Notes under the pieces: generated by a model
Told to the model about the DNA's origin: nothing
What the model saw: only the letters and a program-made list of their open reading frames with translations
Databases searched by the model: none
Source: Tubulanus polymorphus
Taxonomy: Eukaryota; Animalia; Nemertea
Assembly (NCBI RefSeq): GCF_964204645.1
Contig: NC_134027.1
Coordinates: forward strand, 11,998,485-12,062,484
Length of the DNA: 64,000 nt
Reading direction: 5' to 3'
Translations under genes and position numbers: made by a program
Part shown: one piece after another, positions 36,978 through 50,900 of the stretch
How positions within the stretch are numbered: position 1 is the stretch's first letter
How the letters are laid out: each line of letters opens with the position of its first letter

Positions 36978-39900
36978 GCAGAAGCTGGAAGATCTAAGAT
37001 GTGTGAGGGTTGTCCCGGACAGGCCTTGTGTCAATCTCTAGGTAGTTATACACATGAATCAAATCTTTTGACTTCACAATTATGATTTCCGTCTATGATT
37101 AATTTTGTAATAACTTGTTTGCAATAGGAAAAACTGATCCTTATCAAGAGGGTATTGACCTCAGAATGAATGCCATCACACACAAGATTTTAGTTGTATC
37201 TGGTAAAGGAGGTTAGTGTTGATATCCTTGCTTAGCGTATCCTTAGCCCGCCAAAAGGCGACGTCAATTGCTTTTCATTCATCTATTAGTCCGTAGATGG
37301 AAATGAGATTATTAAGGAAGTTTTCGACGCGTTTGATTTATTGTTCTAGTTACTCTAAGAAGTCAGTGCTTTTTGCAAATCTTTCTATGGACTTTCACGT
37401 TATGAATTTTTAATTACGATTAATTTTAATTTTAAATTTTAATAACGATGTGTTAAACACAAAAGTGTTTATTTTTGCACCATGAATTACTGTTTAAAAA
37501 AAAACCTAACGAAATGAAAGTTCGATTTGGAAAATATGCGAATTTCAATATGCCAACAAACTAAAAAGCATGCTTAAAGCAAAAAATTATCATTTCTTTA
37601 CATCTAGAGCAGAACAAAAATTTATTTTCAGAAATTTTACAATTTGCTCAAGGCCTATAGATTTCATTTAGCAACCATTCATGCCTGGTGTCATGCAATT
37701 GTCCTCATCATCTTTTACCCATCTCATAATTTTTCAGGTGTTGGAAAATCTAGTGTAGCTGCAACCTTATCAATTGCTCTCAGTCAGTATTTCAATCAAA
37801 AATCTGCATTACTGGATTTAGATATATGTGGCCCAAGCGCAACTAAGTTAATGTCAGTTATCGGAGAGCCTGTGATTAACACAGAATATGGATGGAAACC
37901 ACTACTGTAAGTGTTATTCACTGGGCTAAAATAAAATTTTGATTGGCTTATAGTGATATGATGGCATAGCGCACGAGAAAATGCATGGTGTCAGACGCGG
38001 ATCCAGACTATCGCACATGCAACACGTGCGGTAGTCGATGTTTTCAAATGCCCTTGAAAAATTTTTGTTTTGTGCAAAAAGTAAAAAGGGCACACAATTT
38101 GTGCGCCATAAAAAATAATTGCCTTTATGTACTATGCCTAAAGCAAAATGTGAATGAAAATAAATTGCCCAATTCAAAAAAGGCAATCTAAGGCATTTTC
38201 CTTTACTCAAAAGGGCACTATTTTAAAAGAGACATTATTGTTGCTCTATAAATTTAATCGAAAAAGGGCAAATCTTGCCAAAAATCTAAAAAAGGCACAA
38301 GCAAATTGAATGTGAAGGCAAATTTAGTGGCATGATACCAATAAATGGCACTCAAACTCGCTCGCTGGGCATTAATACTGGCCCGTTTCATAGTTGGTGC
38401 CCTTTTTTCACTGTACTTTAGTCACTGAATGTCCCTGGATCCGCGCCTGGCTGTAGCTAATCAGGCAGGGTTTTGTGCTATGGCAGAGTCTAGTGATGCC
38501 CTCTGGTTCGAATCCTTTCTGAGGGAGGATGATTCGGATTAATGGCTATCTGTACATTTTTCATTCTATTTCAGGTCTCCACTTGGCAATGTGAAAGTGA
38601 TGTCTGTAGGAGCTATAATACAGTCAGATTCATGCTCCATCACATTTAGAGGACCTCGAAAAGCACAACTTATAAAGCAATTCCTGAAAGATACTTTTTG
38701 GGGTCGTCTCGATTACTTAATATGCGGTAATTTGACCCAATTTTGAGTGGAGCTGCTACTGAATGACTGTATACAGTCTGTACACCCACATATATAGGCC
38801 CTTTTCGATTTTGCCGTTCCGGAAGACGGAATATTCTTCTTGGTAAGAAAACCTCTGTCACGGAAATGGAAGAATTGACGGAAACTTCCAAATTGTAAGA
38901 AAAGGTAGAACGGATTGCCAAAAATGTTTAAATCCATAAAGTTGCTTGTTATGGTGGTCTATCTACCATATGATTACTGCATGCCAAGTACATGACCTCC
39001 ACTTCATCCACCTTGAAATATAAATCTCACAATCACGAGATAAAAAAGTTATTTAAAAATTTCAAAACTTTTGTTGAAAACCCGAATTTTCATTTTTACG
39101 CTAAAGACCATTATCAAGGAATGAACTGCAAGTATGACATGTCACAGTATATATATTGACAAGAACGACACACACTATTGGACATAAAACTAGGTGATAT
39201 TGACCAGAGAGGAAATGTATTTGGACAACAGTTTATTGTGGGAAGAGAAAACAAGGTTACCATTGACACAAGAATAAAATGAGAATTTATCAAAGCTGAG
39301 TAATACTGTTGAATGGAAAGATTATACAAGAATTATTAAAATCAAATTGGTGACCACAAGTATCCCAAACATGGGTAGCCACAGCACTTACGGTTTTTTT
39401 TTATTAGGGATCATTCATTTATTACGTACGCATAACATTTGACTTTTTCAACCATCCCCTCCCCCTGTATGCAAAATCGGCCATTTTTTCATATACATTA
39501 AGCATAACAGTACGCAATCGCACTTACCCCTCCCCCTCCCCTAATGTGTACGTAATAAATGAATGATCCCTTAATTATATCTTTCTTATGTTCTTTATTA
39601 CGAACACCGAGGAGGCGACCAGATTTTTCACTATCTAGACAAGAGATTTTATAAACACCAGCGTGTATGTTGGCCTGAGGATTATTTCTGGATAAATGAT
39701 CAGAGATTTTATTATAATATTTGAATATGATATCAGTGTTAAGAGCTTTATGATCTTGTGATTGTGGGATTTATATTTCAACCGTCTCATGTGATTCATT
39801 GCGTAGTTTTACCTCGTCTTCATCCACCTTGCTTCAATCACGAGTATATAAACTAGAGCATCTTGTTGGCGTTATTTAAGATTATATGGTGTACGGACTA

Positions 39901-42900
39901 TGTGTATTTTCAATGTTTGCAGTTAATGATGATAGAAACTCCTAAATCCTTTTGATTATTCTGACTACGTGGCGCTGCGGACAGACAGAAGAAGTCAGTT
40001 TGGCTTTGGTTTTCCTCGCTGTCGGACGTGCTTTTACTGTTGTGGTGGTTCACAGTTTGGCATTGTTCTGTGACCGTGTGTACTTATGTTGAACTATGTG
40101 TCTTCCTTTTTGCAGTTCGGAGTCTGTCGTCCAGGGTATTCCACTGTGTGTGGAATAGGGGATAGTCCACTGTGTGTGGATGTCCAATATGTTTGGACTT
40201 TTAGAATTTATATATATATATTTTATATTTATATTTTGATTGCCCACCTTGGTGGTCGGATCCTATGTGTATGGACAAATTTTATAGATACTTCTATTTT
40301 GATTGCCCACTTCGGTGGTCGGACCCAATGTGTTGTGACAAATTTTGAGGCTACTGTGTGTGGCTGTTCACTTTGTGTGGACTAGAGGATGCATGCCTTG
40401 CAGGACTGTGTGTCCTGTTGCCTACTGTGTGCGGGCTGGGGGTCTGTGTGCCCCGGTGTCTGCTGTGTGTGAGAAAAGATTGGAAGAATCGTTAGGTTTA
40501 GAATAAAGAGTGATAATGAATAAGTGAATTTTAGGGCGGGAAAACTCGAGCAGAGAAAACTCGAGAGGTCAGGGTTGTTGGTTCTCCATAGGTCAGGGTT
40601 GTTGGTTCTCCATATTCAATGTGTGTTTCGGTAAAGTACGTCCCCACTATTGTGAGATTTATCGGTAAGGGCGTTTGTCTATTATTTTGGTTTTCTGATC
40701 TGTTTCGGCGATTTTATTTAGCGCATTTTCGGGGTCTAGAGTCAGTCGCACCAAACGCATGATTCAGTTTGCTCCGTTCGTGCGGGGACGTGTACCATAC
40801 ACTTACATTTGCAGTTTTATGAGAGCCTTTTGACAACTGAGATTTTAGCATTTTCATTGTTTTTGTTTATGGCTGGTCAGCTTCTTGTTGCTTTTGTCCT
40901 TGTATTCCATGGGACTCTCCTGTTGATCAATGTCTTTTTACTGTTTTCGAGGTGGATATAGCCGAATTGCAAAGGATTTGAGCATCTAAAACCTGTTGAT
41001 TGTTTACGCTGGTAATAAATTAGATCGTCTATCGGTTTCGATTTGTTGCGTCCTGTTTTCAATTCTCTAGCTGCGAGCCTCTTAGTGTCTGTTGTAATGG
41101 CTTCGGTCATGTTGGCTGGGGGATTGGTCTAGTATACTCCTTTTATTTAGTTGCCTTTGGGATACGGTACGATCTGTTTTGAGGGTGTGGATTCTATTTT
41201 CCGGCAACGATTGTGATTACCGTCGGGTAACTTTTGAGGGGTTGCTTTTCCTTTCCTCTGGTCATGTTTCGGCGGCCGATAATGCTTATAACCCATTGTA
41301 CGTTATATTTTATCTTTGAGTGTTTAGGGAAGTTCGGTCCCATAGGGTTTTTATATATTTTCTCAATATTGCTTCTTTGCGCTTGCTGTTTAGATCTTTT
41401 GTTGTAACCCCTTTATGGTTTGGGTTTTGGGATGTTAGTTTTGGGGTTTTGCAATGCCTTTTCGGAGTGTTTGGGTGGCCCAAGTTTTACCCATATCTAT
41501 ATATTTCTGCAGTATGTCTGCACAACAGGGAATGAGAATATTATACACATTTCATTCTGATATAAATGCTTCGTTAAGGAGGAGTCAAGCAACACAAGTT
41601 AGATTTATAATCTTATTGCAGATACTCCACCAGGAACGAGTGATGAACATTTAACTGTGATATCCGCATTAAAAAACACGAAACCTGACGGTGTTATCAT
41701 TGTAACTACTCCTCAGAAGGTTGCCTTAAAAACAATCCGTAAAGAAGTAACTTTCTGTCAGAAAATGGGCATCAGAATTCTTGGAATAGTTGAGAACATG
41801 AGTGGATATGCATGTCCATGCTGTGGTGTGAGTAGAAATTCCTTGTGAATTGCTTCTGCGTGTTAATATATGTAATTAGATTAATTGTTTATCACCTATG
41901 GCAGGTTGTGAGTGATATATTCAACTCAAATGATGGTGAGAGTTTATGCAAGGAATATGGCCTCGAGTTTCTTGGAAAGATTCCATTAGATCAGGTTAGT
42001 TTTCAGATTGTTTCATTCTCCCTTGGTAGAGATTTGAAACTGGTTGGCAGTGCGAGAGAGTGCCACTGGACAAACTGTCTGATCAGCCCTCTTTTCACTT
42101 GACTTGCTTGCTTAGGCACAATGTTGTAATTAGTCAATTGTAAATAACGTTTCATGTTATCCAGCTATTTTACAGCCATGAATTTGTCCTAGCTATTGTA
42201 TAACACAGGTCAACTGATTGGCACAGCCCGTTGTGCAAGTGTATGTGCACTGGGGCTATTCAGGGGGCTGGTACAGTGGCGGAGTTTCGATGCTATGAGG
42301 TTCGAATCCCTGCCAAGGGTGAACTTAGTGTGCAAAATATCCTACTATTTTTTAGATCAGCTGTATTGATCCTTATTGAGTGGTTCTGAGAGTAACTTTC
42401 TGTTAGCTCTTGGTGGCACAAATTGTAACCACTGGATATGCTTAGCTGATATTTTGTAATTAGGAAGGAATTAGGGGTTTGAATTAACATAGAAAGTACC
42501 GTCTATAAGCGCTAAGCCTTTTGGAAGTACTGAGAGAAAATGTGCAAAATTTTGATGAATTTTTTCCCATTATAATTTAATTATCAAGAAACAAGGTCAA
42601 GCATTGATTAGTATATTATACTAATCGATGATTGACCTTATTTCTTGATAATGAGATTACTGGGAAAGCCCTTTAGGGGCCATGTTCAAATATGGACAGT
42701 GAAAGGCTTTCCCAAAGATATCATTATTATTACGCATTATCATATCGACACGTAACACTTTTCCTCAGCCACATGCTTTATTTCTCACACTGAATGTCCT
42801 TTGCAGGAATTCGTTAGATGCTGTGACCTTGGTGACAATGTACTAAACAGAGATGATAATGTTGTAGCGAAATGTTTTTACGAAATAGCGGCGAATTTAC

Positions 42901-42923
42901 ACAACTTACTGGGGAGTACATGA
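36978..42923 (+). CDS. NUBP1: Cytosolic Fe-S cluster assembly factor NUBP1/Nbp35-like P-loop ATPase; exons 36978-37041, 37128-37211, 37738-37906, 38575-38726, 41622-41827, 41905-41994, 42807-42923; first exon uncertain
   Basis: [64 protein letters not shown] and GKIPLD; splice phases are consistent. Confidence 0.85.
37991..38449. mobile_element. MITE with internal aaagggca repeats
   Basis: cagacgcggatccag ... ctggatccgcgcctg termini. Confidence 0.6.
39407..39570. mobile_element. PIF/Harbinger-type MITE
   Basis: TIR gggatcattcatttattacgtac / gtacgtaataaatgaatgatccc; TTA TSD. Confidence 0.85.
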
Positions 42924-43635
42924 CATTTATTGTGTTTAGTTTTTCTAGTCAATAACAAGTCATTTACTGTCAATTACTTATACCTCCTTGGTTATTTTTA
43001 CTCATTAGCCTACGCGGGTGAAGCTCGTAGGGCTATTTCGTTCACTTTTTGTTTAATCTGTCTGTAGGTTATTTTGGAAAGTTCTAAAAAATGCTCAAAA
43101 ACGATGTCGCAGATATACTGTAATTTCCGTCATTATTTCATTCGGCCCTTAATCAGTGCTCGAAATCAGTTATCTATCGTATTTATCTAGTTAAAAACTA
43201 TAACAATGCTTCATACTATTGATAGATGTTTTTATTCTATTGCACTAGTTTATTCTACAATGATATATGCATATACACGTATCATGTATGCTATATAATG
43301 CTACATGTAGTTGGTAGAATAGCTATACTCTGACGTGGAGAACAGATAACCAAGTTTAAAACCCACTATATACAGAATTTAAAAGATTTCACGATCTCTA
43401 GTGAGAGCTCAAAAACGTCATGTATTTTGATTTTAATTCCTGATAAGTGAGATTCGAGATTTTTATTATTCAAATTCCGTGTAGATGAAATTCGTTTTTA
43501 ACGTAAAACGTTTAACGCTAGTTAATCTAGAGTTAATCTTTATCTGTCGTCCACGTACCTATAATATCTATACTGAGATGTAATTATTATGCGGTTGTCT
43601 GTTGATTGAATCAATTCGTCATCAACTGCAAATAG

Positions 43636-44788
43636 AACAAGAAAATTAACTTTAATAAATTATTTGACGCCTGCGAAAAAATGTAGAATTTCTGGGATAA
43701 GCTAATGTGGAATTGCAAATTTGAAATCGAAGTTTTAAGAAATTTGGGGAATTATGAGATTTAGCGATTGGGTAGATGATACAGTCTTCGACTGGTCTAA
43801 TTTAAAAAACAATTGTCAACTTGTGACCGACTTCGATTCACTTTTGCCTCTAAGCTGGTCTGCAACTTCATTGCCTCCATGGTTGAAGAAAGAGCTCTTC
43901 TGATGTCTGCTTCATCATGACTTCGAGCATATCGTGTAGCCAGCCGGCCCGGTCCCGGGGCCCGGTTTGGCTGTCACTCGATATCCTAGACTTGAGTCTG
44001 GGTTGAAGTAGACATTGTCATTTAAATAACTTATTCATGTTATTCTGTATGAATTACCCGTGTATCTTGTATTTTGTATTTTCTTAGTTTAAAATTTGTA
44101 ACTTTATTGAATTTGGGAATTTTATCCCGGAATTTCAATGTAATAAGGATCAATAAAGTATTGAATTGAATTGTCACCTTATACACATGCCATCAGTGGA
44201 CGCGGAGCCGTATATGACAGCTATGCTATTATAAATTGCTAATCTCATGAAACCTGCATACCCCTAATATCGAACATATTTTCTAAAACATCTGAATATT
44301 GAAATTATATGTTTACACGTTTTTATATAGACCGCTTGTAGCCGCCGATGAAATTCACGCCGGCCCTACTCAGATCGTAGATAGCTTCGTCATTCCACTA
44401 CTAGCATCCCCATGACAGGGTCTGACTTTTATATCAGACTTCCAAATCGTGTATACATCCGCCATTTAACCGAATAATCCGATTTACTTATCATTTCTAT
44501 TTAAGCCTGCCGCTCCTGATATAATCATACATCATTTACTATTACAATACGTCTTCTCATGATATTCAATGCAATATAACATTCCGACGTTCAAATAGAG
44601 GTCATTATATAATCACAGGGAGCCATTCTACATCTTTATCAATAATATTTTGCCAAATAGCTTGTATGTGTACACATAAACCTGTGACGTTTTGCACATC
44701 GATTTACGGTTGTCGTTTGTAAAATGACGCTGAATGGTTAACATTGTTTAGGTTTCATAATGGTAACGTTTTATAAGGCGTCAAAAAA
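43636..44788. mobile_element. Second copy of the 1.15-kb Helentron/HINE-like element
   Basis: Colinear with 26163-27319. Confidence 0.85.
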
Positions 44789-45389
44789 CAGATTACTGAA
44801 AAAGATCAGCGTCATCAACTTAAATGAAATAAGCAATGAGCCTCAACCACAATCATTTTTGTCTAAAGGAGTAAATCCATATGGGAGCCCCCCACAAACG
44901 TCTGTGCATCTTGAGAAATCAGATTATTATTCATTTCCAACACTTCTTTTACAACAGGCTCCAACGAAATCCACATAGTGTTTTACGCGAGATTTCCACC
45001 TCTGGGGGAAAAGTTACGTTTCTTGTCTTTCAAGACTATAAAGGCTACTCACGTAGTTCATTTTCAATTAATCGAAGGCTGAGTCTATTACTATACAAAT
45101 GGAGCGAATTTAAATGACATGGTTTCCAGAGCTAAGGCTATTTGACTGCAACTGAGCATATATTCATACAAATCATTCATTTAAACATTATCCATTCTCC
45201 ACAAATCCAAGCGATCTGAATTTTGAAAATGGGCCTCGTTAAAATTAATATGAGCTTCGGTTTTTGAAAGCAAATCAGAAAGCAAAGACTTCACTACTAT
45301 GCTTGGCTTAGCCGCAATAATCAGTAGGTGTTCAGTGAAACCGCGGTTTCGTCTACTGTTTTACTTCCGGGTTTCATTTTAAGACTTAA

Positions 45390-47146
45390 AATAAAGAAGT
45401 TTCCAGTTTCTAGGCGCCATTTTGTGGCGGTCCCGCGAGGTCCCCATTGTTGCGATAATTTGCGCTAATTTTTAAAACATAAGTTTAGATTGAATATCAT
45501 ATTGTTCTGCAGTCCCTTGCTCGACGATTTATACACCATTTTAAAGGAAATGAAATGCAGATATTTGCTGGCGATTCTTGGAATTTTTGAACGCAACAAT
45601 TGAGAACAGTGACGATGTGAAACCAAGGACCGCATATCTTAACCGTGCGTAAAAGAAATCGCAATATTTATTAATTTTAAAATATCTAAGTATCTCTTAA
45701 AGCTATATTTCCAATTTTCACAGAGGTTAAAAAGGGTTATTTGCAGTTAAAGCCTGCGTTGAATTTTTTAGAATATCTTTCCTGACGACTGATCTGCACC
45801 CGCTTGAGTTTGAGATTACGCGCAAAAGGGGTCTCCCACTGCGCATTGCAATTTCACTGAACATTGAGATTTGCGACAAGAAATTTTTAAATGCAATTTG
45901 ATTTCTTCACATTTTCCATGGGGATATTTTGAGATGATAATCCATATCTTCTTTGTACCGTATTTTGGCGGGAGCAATTCGTTAATCTGGTTTCGGGATC
46001 CGGTTTGTCCCGCTATTGAAGTATGAACGGCCCAGTTGAGGAATTGTCGTATACAGCCCGTCCAGCCTAGCGCCGATTTTGTGTTCGGTGAAATCAAACG
46101 TTTTAGAGTCGATGGTGAAATGTGCCAGTCAATTTAAACGCTTAGGACATATTTAACACATATCTCTCTCTCTGGTAATCCCTCATTCTGGGATCATACG
46201 ATGAATTTAATGAATCTCAACCTTCTTGCTGGAAAACAACGACCAGAAAACCTTACTGATATAAAATTCCAATATAATATTTAAAGGGGTTCATATCTGT
46301 CCCCCATTTGATATTCTGTTTTAGGGGGTCAACGTCCAGTTTGGCAACTTTCAGCTGCGCCGCATATTCAAAACTATATAAAAACTAAAGATTTTTTTTC
46401 TAGTGTCCAACCATGAGTGGTACATTCGGTTGAAACGCAAATTAGGTTCTCAACTAGGCCCCATTTGCAACCAACACAGAAAGTCCCCACTCTAACAAGA
46501 AATCCTTTAATTTCCCAACGCTACAAAACTCGAATTCATCAAAACACTCAAAGTCCATTTTCAACCATACGAAAATAAAGGTAATATATAACCATCAGAA
46601 GCAATATTGATAATTACAAACCAGTATAAAATCTTATTTTTGCGATTTCTTTTCACAAATTTCAATGTTCAGTGAAATGGCGGTGCGCAGTGGGAGACCC
46701 CTTTTGCGCGTAATCTCAAACTCAAGCGGGTACAGATCAGTCGTCAGGAAAGATATTTTAAAAAATTCAACGCAGGCTTTAACTGCAAATAACCCTCTTT
46801 AACCTCTGTGAAAATTGGAAATATAGCTTTAAGAGATACTTAGATATTTTAAAATTAATAAATATTGCGATTTCTTTTACGCACGGTTAAGATATGCGGT
46901 CCTTGGTTTCACATCGTCACTGTTCTCAATTGTTGCGTTCAAAAATTCCAAGAATCGCCAGCAAATATCTGCATTTCATTTCCTTTAAAATAGTGTATAA
47001 ATTGATTTCGTCAAGCAAGCGACTGCAGAACAATATGATATTCAATCTAAACTTATGTTTTAAAATTGAGCGCAAATTATCGCAACAATAGGGACCTCGA
47101 GGGACCGCCACAAAATGGCGCCTAGAAACTGGAAACTTCTTTATTG
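45390..47146. mobile_element. Foldback/MITE with ~480-bp near-perfect TIRs
   Basis: aataaagaagtttccagtttctaggcgccattttgtggcggtccc...(45390-~45870) is the reverse complement of ~46660-47145. Confidence 0.88.
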
Positions 47147-47914
47147 TATTTCAAGATCTGTGAAATATTTGGTTTTCGGAGGAATATTTTTATTTGCACT
47201 GCGCAGAAAATATCATTGACAATTATGCATACTCCGGGAAAAAAACTTTTTCTCAAATTTCATGGACGACCTTGATATGCTAATAAGCCATGTGCTCAAA
47301 CTACAAATTCTATTCTGCAAATAATATCAAATCCAATTCGATTTTGTGTTATTGAGCAAATTTCAGAAAATCCTATTCAATTCTATTCCGCATTCAAATC
47401 AATAGGTAAACGATTTTTTCTACCGCTCAGGGTTAGGTTCCCAAATGCGCATGCGCGAACCCGCTTGATACCCTAACCTAACCTAGACCTTATTCTAACC
47501 CTAACCCTAACCCTTCGGGCCCTGTAGACCATAAGCCCTGAACCGTAATCCTCGCAATTCAAAAAGCCGCCATTGTGTTTATATTCCATACTACTTCCAG
47601 TTAACTGTGGTCGGCAAAAAAATCGTTCACCAAATCAATAAGACCATTAAAGGGAAAATATTGATCTGAGGTATTTGTATCTGCCAGGGCTGTCTGTGCA
47701 ACTTATGAAAACACGATTGTACTGTGTAAATTATAGGTATTCCCCGACTCTGAGCTGGGGGTTTATTTTGACAAATATAACCCACAGAATGCATCATTGC
47801 CATTTTATGAAAAGCTGATAGGCTGGCCATAGTGCCCCTTGGGGCTCTTCTATTTATTTGTGCTATTCAAAAAGGAGATATTTATCAATCAATTCATCCT
47901 TACCTGCTAATCGG

Positions 47915-50900
47915 TCAACCTTCATTAATCCAATACCAGATAAATCCTGGATTGCGAGCTTCTTCTGTAGACGAAATCCACCAAGCAGGATCATATTCAG
48001 TATTACCAGAAATGATTGTCCCTGACCAGTAATAATCAGGGCTTAACGATGTCGTTAGCAAGGCCTTATTTCCATCGCTAGCTACATACGGCATTCTCAT
48101 GTTTATCGAGTTCCACCATGAGTATTCCCAGCTATCAAACTTTTCAATTATATGTACATTGGTTTGGTCACCTGAATGACTCGCAAAACTGCAATAAATA
48201 AGATTTTAAACGTTTCGTATATAAGACTATCATCTTGTCATACCTCTTCTAATTGTCTGAACTCACCTATATGCCTTAGGAGCAACCCAAACCCCTCCCC
48301 AGTGACGCCTTTGTCGTGCTTCTATTTTATACTTAAAAGAATCCGAATCGTTTGATATCGCCTTTATTTCGTCGGCCAGGAACAGTATGGAATAGTCATT
48401 TACCAACGACGGTGTGTCAATATTTCGTCGCAGAACCTACGAGAAATCAGAAATACAAGCGTTTCCCCCTTTAATGCGAAATTAGAAATAGAATCAAAGC
48501 TCGTCGTAATGCCCATCCGCCCGCCCGCCCGGGACTGTAGAAATTTTGGCAGTATAACGAAATGGCGATCATGAGAGTTGACAAAGTATACAAGTTATGA
48601 CTATTGACCAAATCCAGAATTGACATCAATTAATCTTAATTTAGGAAGCGACAAGGTATTATTTCATTTAGATAATAGAAAAATATGATACACAATAGAT
48701 GTGTGATACTGCCACCCACATGTATCGATTCATAACATAAGACACTGGAAACACCGTTGACGAAATATCGTTGGCATTATAACGAATGTTTTCTCTATTA
48801 AGTTTGAATAGGACCGTTCTAGGATTTCGTTGACGTTATGGCGGAGGGTGAGAGGTGGTATAACGATATCTATTTACATACATAGATACCAATGGAACTG
48901 TGCACGAGGAAATTCTTAAGGCGATAGGCGAATTTGGCTGTGGCGGATTTAGGGGATTTAGGTGGACCAGGTGGATTGGTCCACCCCCTTCAAAATTCGA
49001 ATGTGCCCTCCAAAAAAGTCTTGAAAAATTTTTTGCAAAGAAAATTTCAAAAAGACTAAAGATAAATCCAAATTGGTCCGGATAAGGGCAAGAAAGCCCC
49101 TGTTTGTCCTAAATGTTCCGTGGGAGGGCCACAAGAACCCTCACCAATTTTTCGCTTGCACCCCTCGCATTGCCAAATCTGCCCTTTCAAATTAAGTGCC
49201 TATTAGAATTTCAAGGTCCACCCTTTTCAAAGAATCCTAGATCCGCCCTTGTAACAGATGGCGGTATAACAAGCTCTGACTGTAAACGTTTGTATCACCT
49301 GTTCGCGAGTCCAGTTATTGTGGCGACTGGTTACTAGTAGTGTATACGCTCCTTCCTCTGATTCCATATCACAGTAGACGGCTCGGTGGAACCCATCTGC
49401 TGATTTTATCATATAAAAACCATCGACAAAATTTCCCGAGTGTGCTGCGTGATTCTTGATATCGTTACACGATCGACTATTGTATTGTAAGGAAAGTGGG
49501 AGATACATCGGTGATCGAAACCATTTAATGAAAGATCATCATTATACACGGATTTCTATGAATTATGTATAATTCGTAGAATTAACGATCTATCCATTAA
49601 TTCGTATAAACTATGAATAAAATAAACCTGCTAGCAATTGTTTCCACTGGCATTGGAACAAACGCCGCGTGCCACGGCCATAATTCACTGTTTCGACTTA
49701 CGTAACTGGCGGGAAAACACTCCGCGTGGCCGCGGCACGCTCAGTGGCAATGACTGACTAGTAATTGATAAGCTTGCCAAAGAGCAATGGGATACGAATC
49801 ACGTCGTATTTCCAATTTTTTTAATGAAATGGGGCCGTGGATACGGCTTCGATTTACGAAGTACGAATTATCCGATGGAAATTGAAGGGAATCACGAAGG
49901 CAAAATCGAGACCTTTCATTTTTATTCGGATTACGTAGTTAAACGAATTAACCGACGACCAATTAAGCGAGTTTGACTGTATTTAACTACGTGTACATAC
50001 TGCGAGATGCTTTCTCTAATGAAAACTTTAACCGTCTTGCTTGTCGAACTAGGCAGAGATTGGAAGATAGTGTCTAGTTGATTGGACTGAATTTCAACAG
50101 GTTTTCCAATCTCGTCGTCCCCATTTGTGATAAGATACTGCACCTGAAACATGATTAATAAATGTTCTGCTAAATGAAACAAACAGAATGTGTTGTCGTA
50201 TTTTTAGCTCTCGTTATCACCGTTAGAAATATCGCTTTGATACAATGCATTTGTATATACATCTTCCGGGACGTCCCCCCCCCCCCACTTTTCCAGTGTG
50301 AACCCAAATGTGTGATATACCTTTGAAGCGTGTGCAAGAACCGTATTGGCTAGTATTGAAGCAAATGACTGATTAAAGCCAGTTTCAACTCCGTCATTTC
50401 TCGCGTAAATTAACGTCCAACCTCCTCCGTACGAAGTCATTTTACACTGCGCGGCAATCTTCGGAAGGCCGTCTGGTTTTATCTCATAAATTCCATCTAA
50501 TTAAAGAATTTTTAATCGAGATCGTATAAAGAACCATAAAAAACCGTTATCACGTTTTAATTTTATTACCTTCTACTAATGGTGTTATACTGTTGAGTCT
50601 TAGCAGTTTTAGTTCCTGGCAGCTTTTTGGTATTCGACTTTTCTCAGTACTTTCTCTCAGCCAATACCATATATATTCCGGATCTCTTTCCATTAAATGC
50701 CCGCTTATCCACGGAGCCGGATGATACGATGCTGCATCACCTGAAATCGAATTTGGTCCGTTGCGTTTAGTTTAGTTTTCACCTGTGTAGGCATTAACAA
50801 AGAAAAGATATGTTGGGGCACCGGCGCCGCTGTTGTACCATGTAAGGATTCTGCGGCGACCCATCAGGTGCACTGGTTTACCGCGCTTCAATTTCCTCTA

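Noticed and set aside
47465-47515. (TAACCC)-like telomeric repeats
   Set aside because: Few and degenerate, with an inverted partner at ~47430; typical of a small repeat element rather than a telomere.
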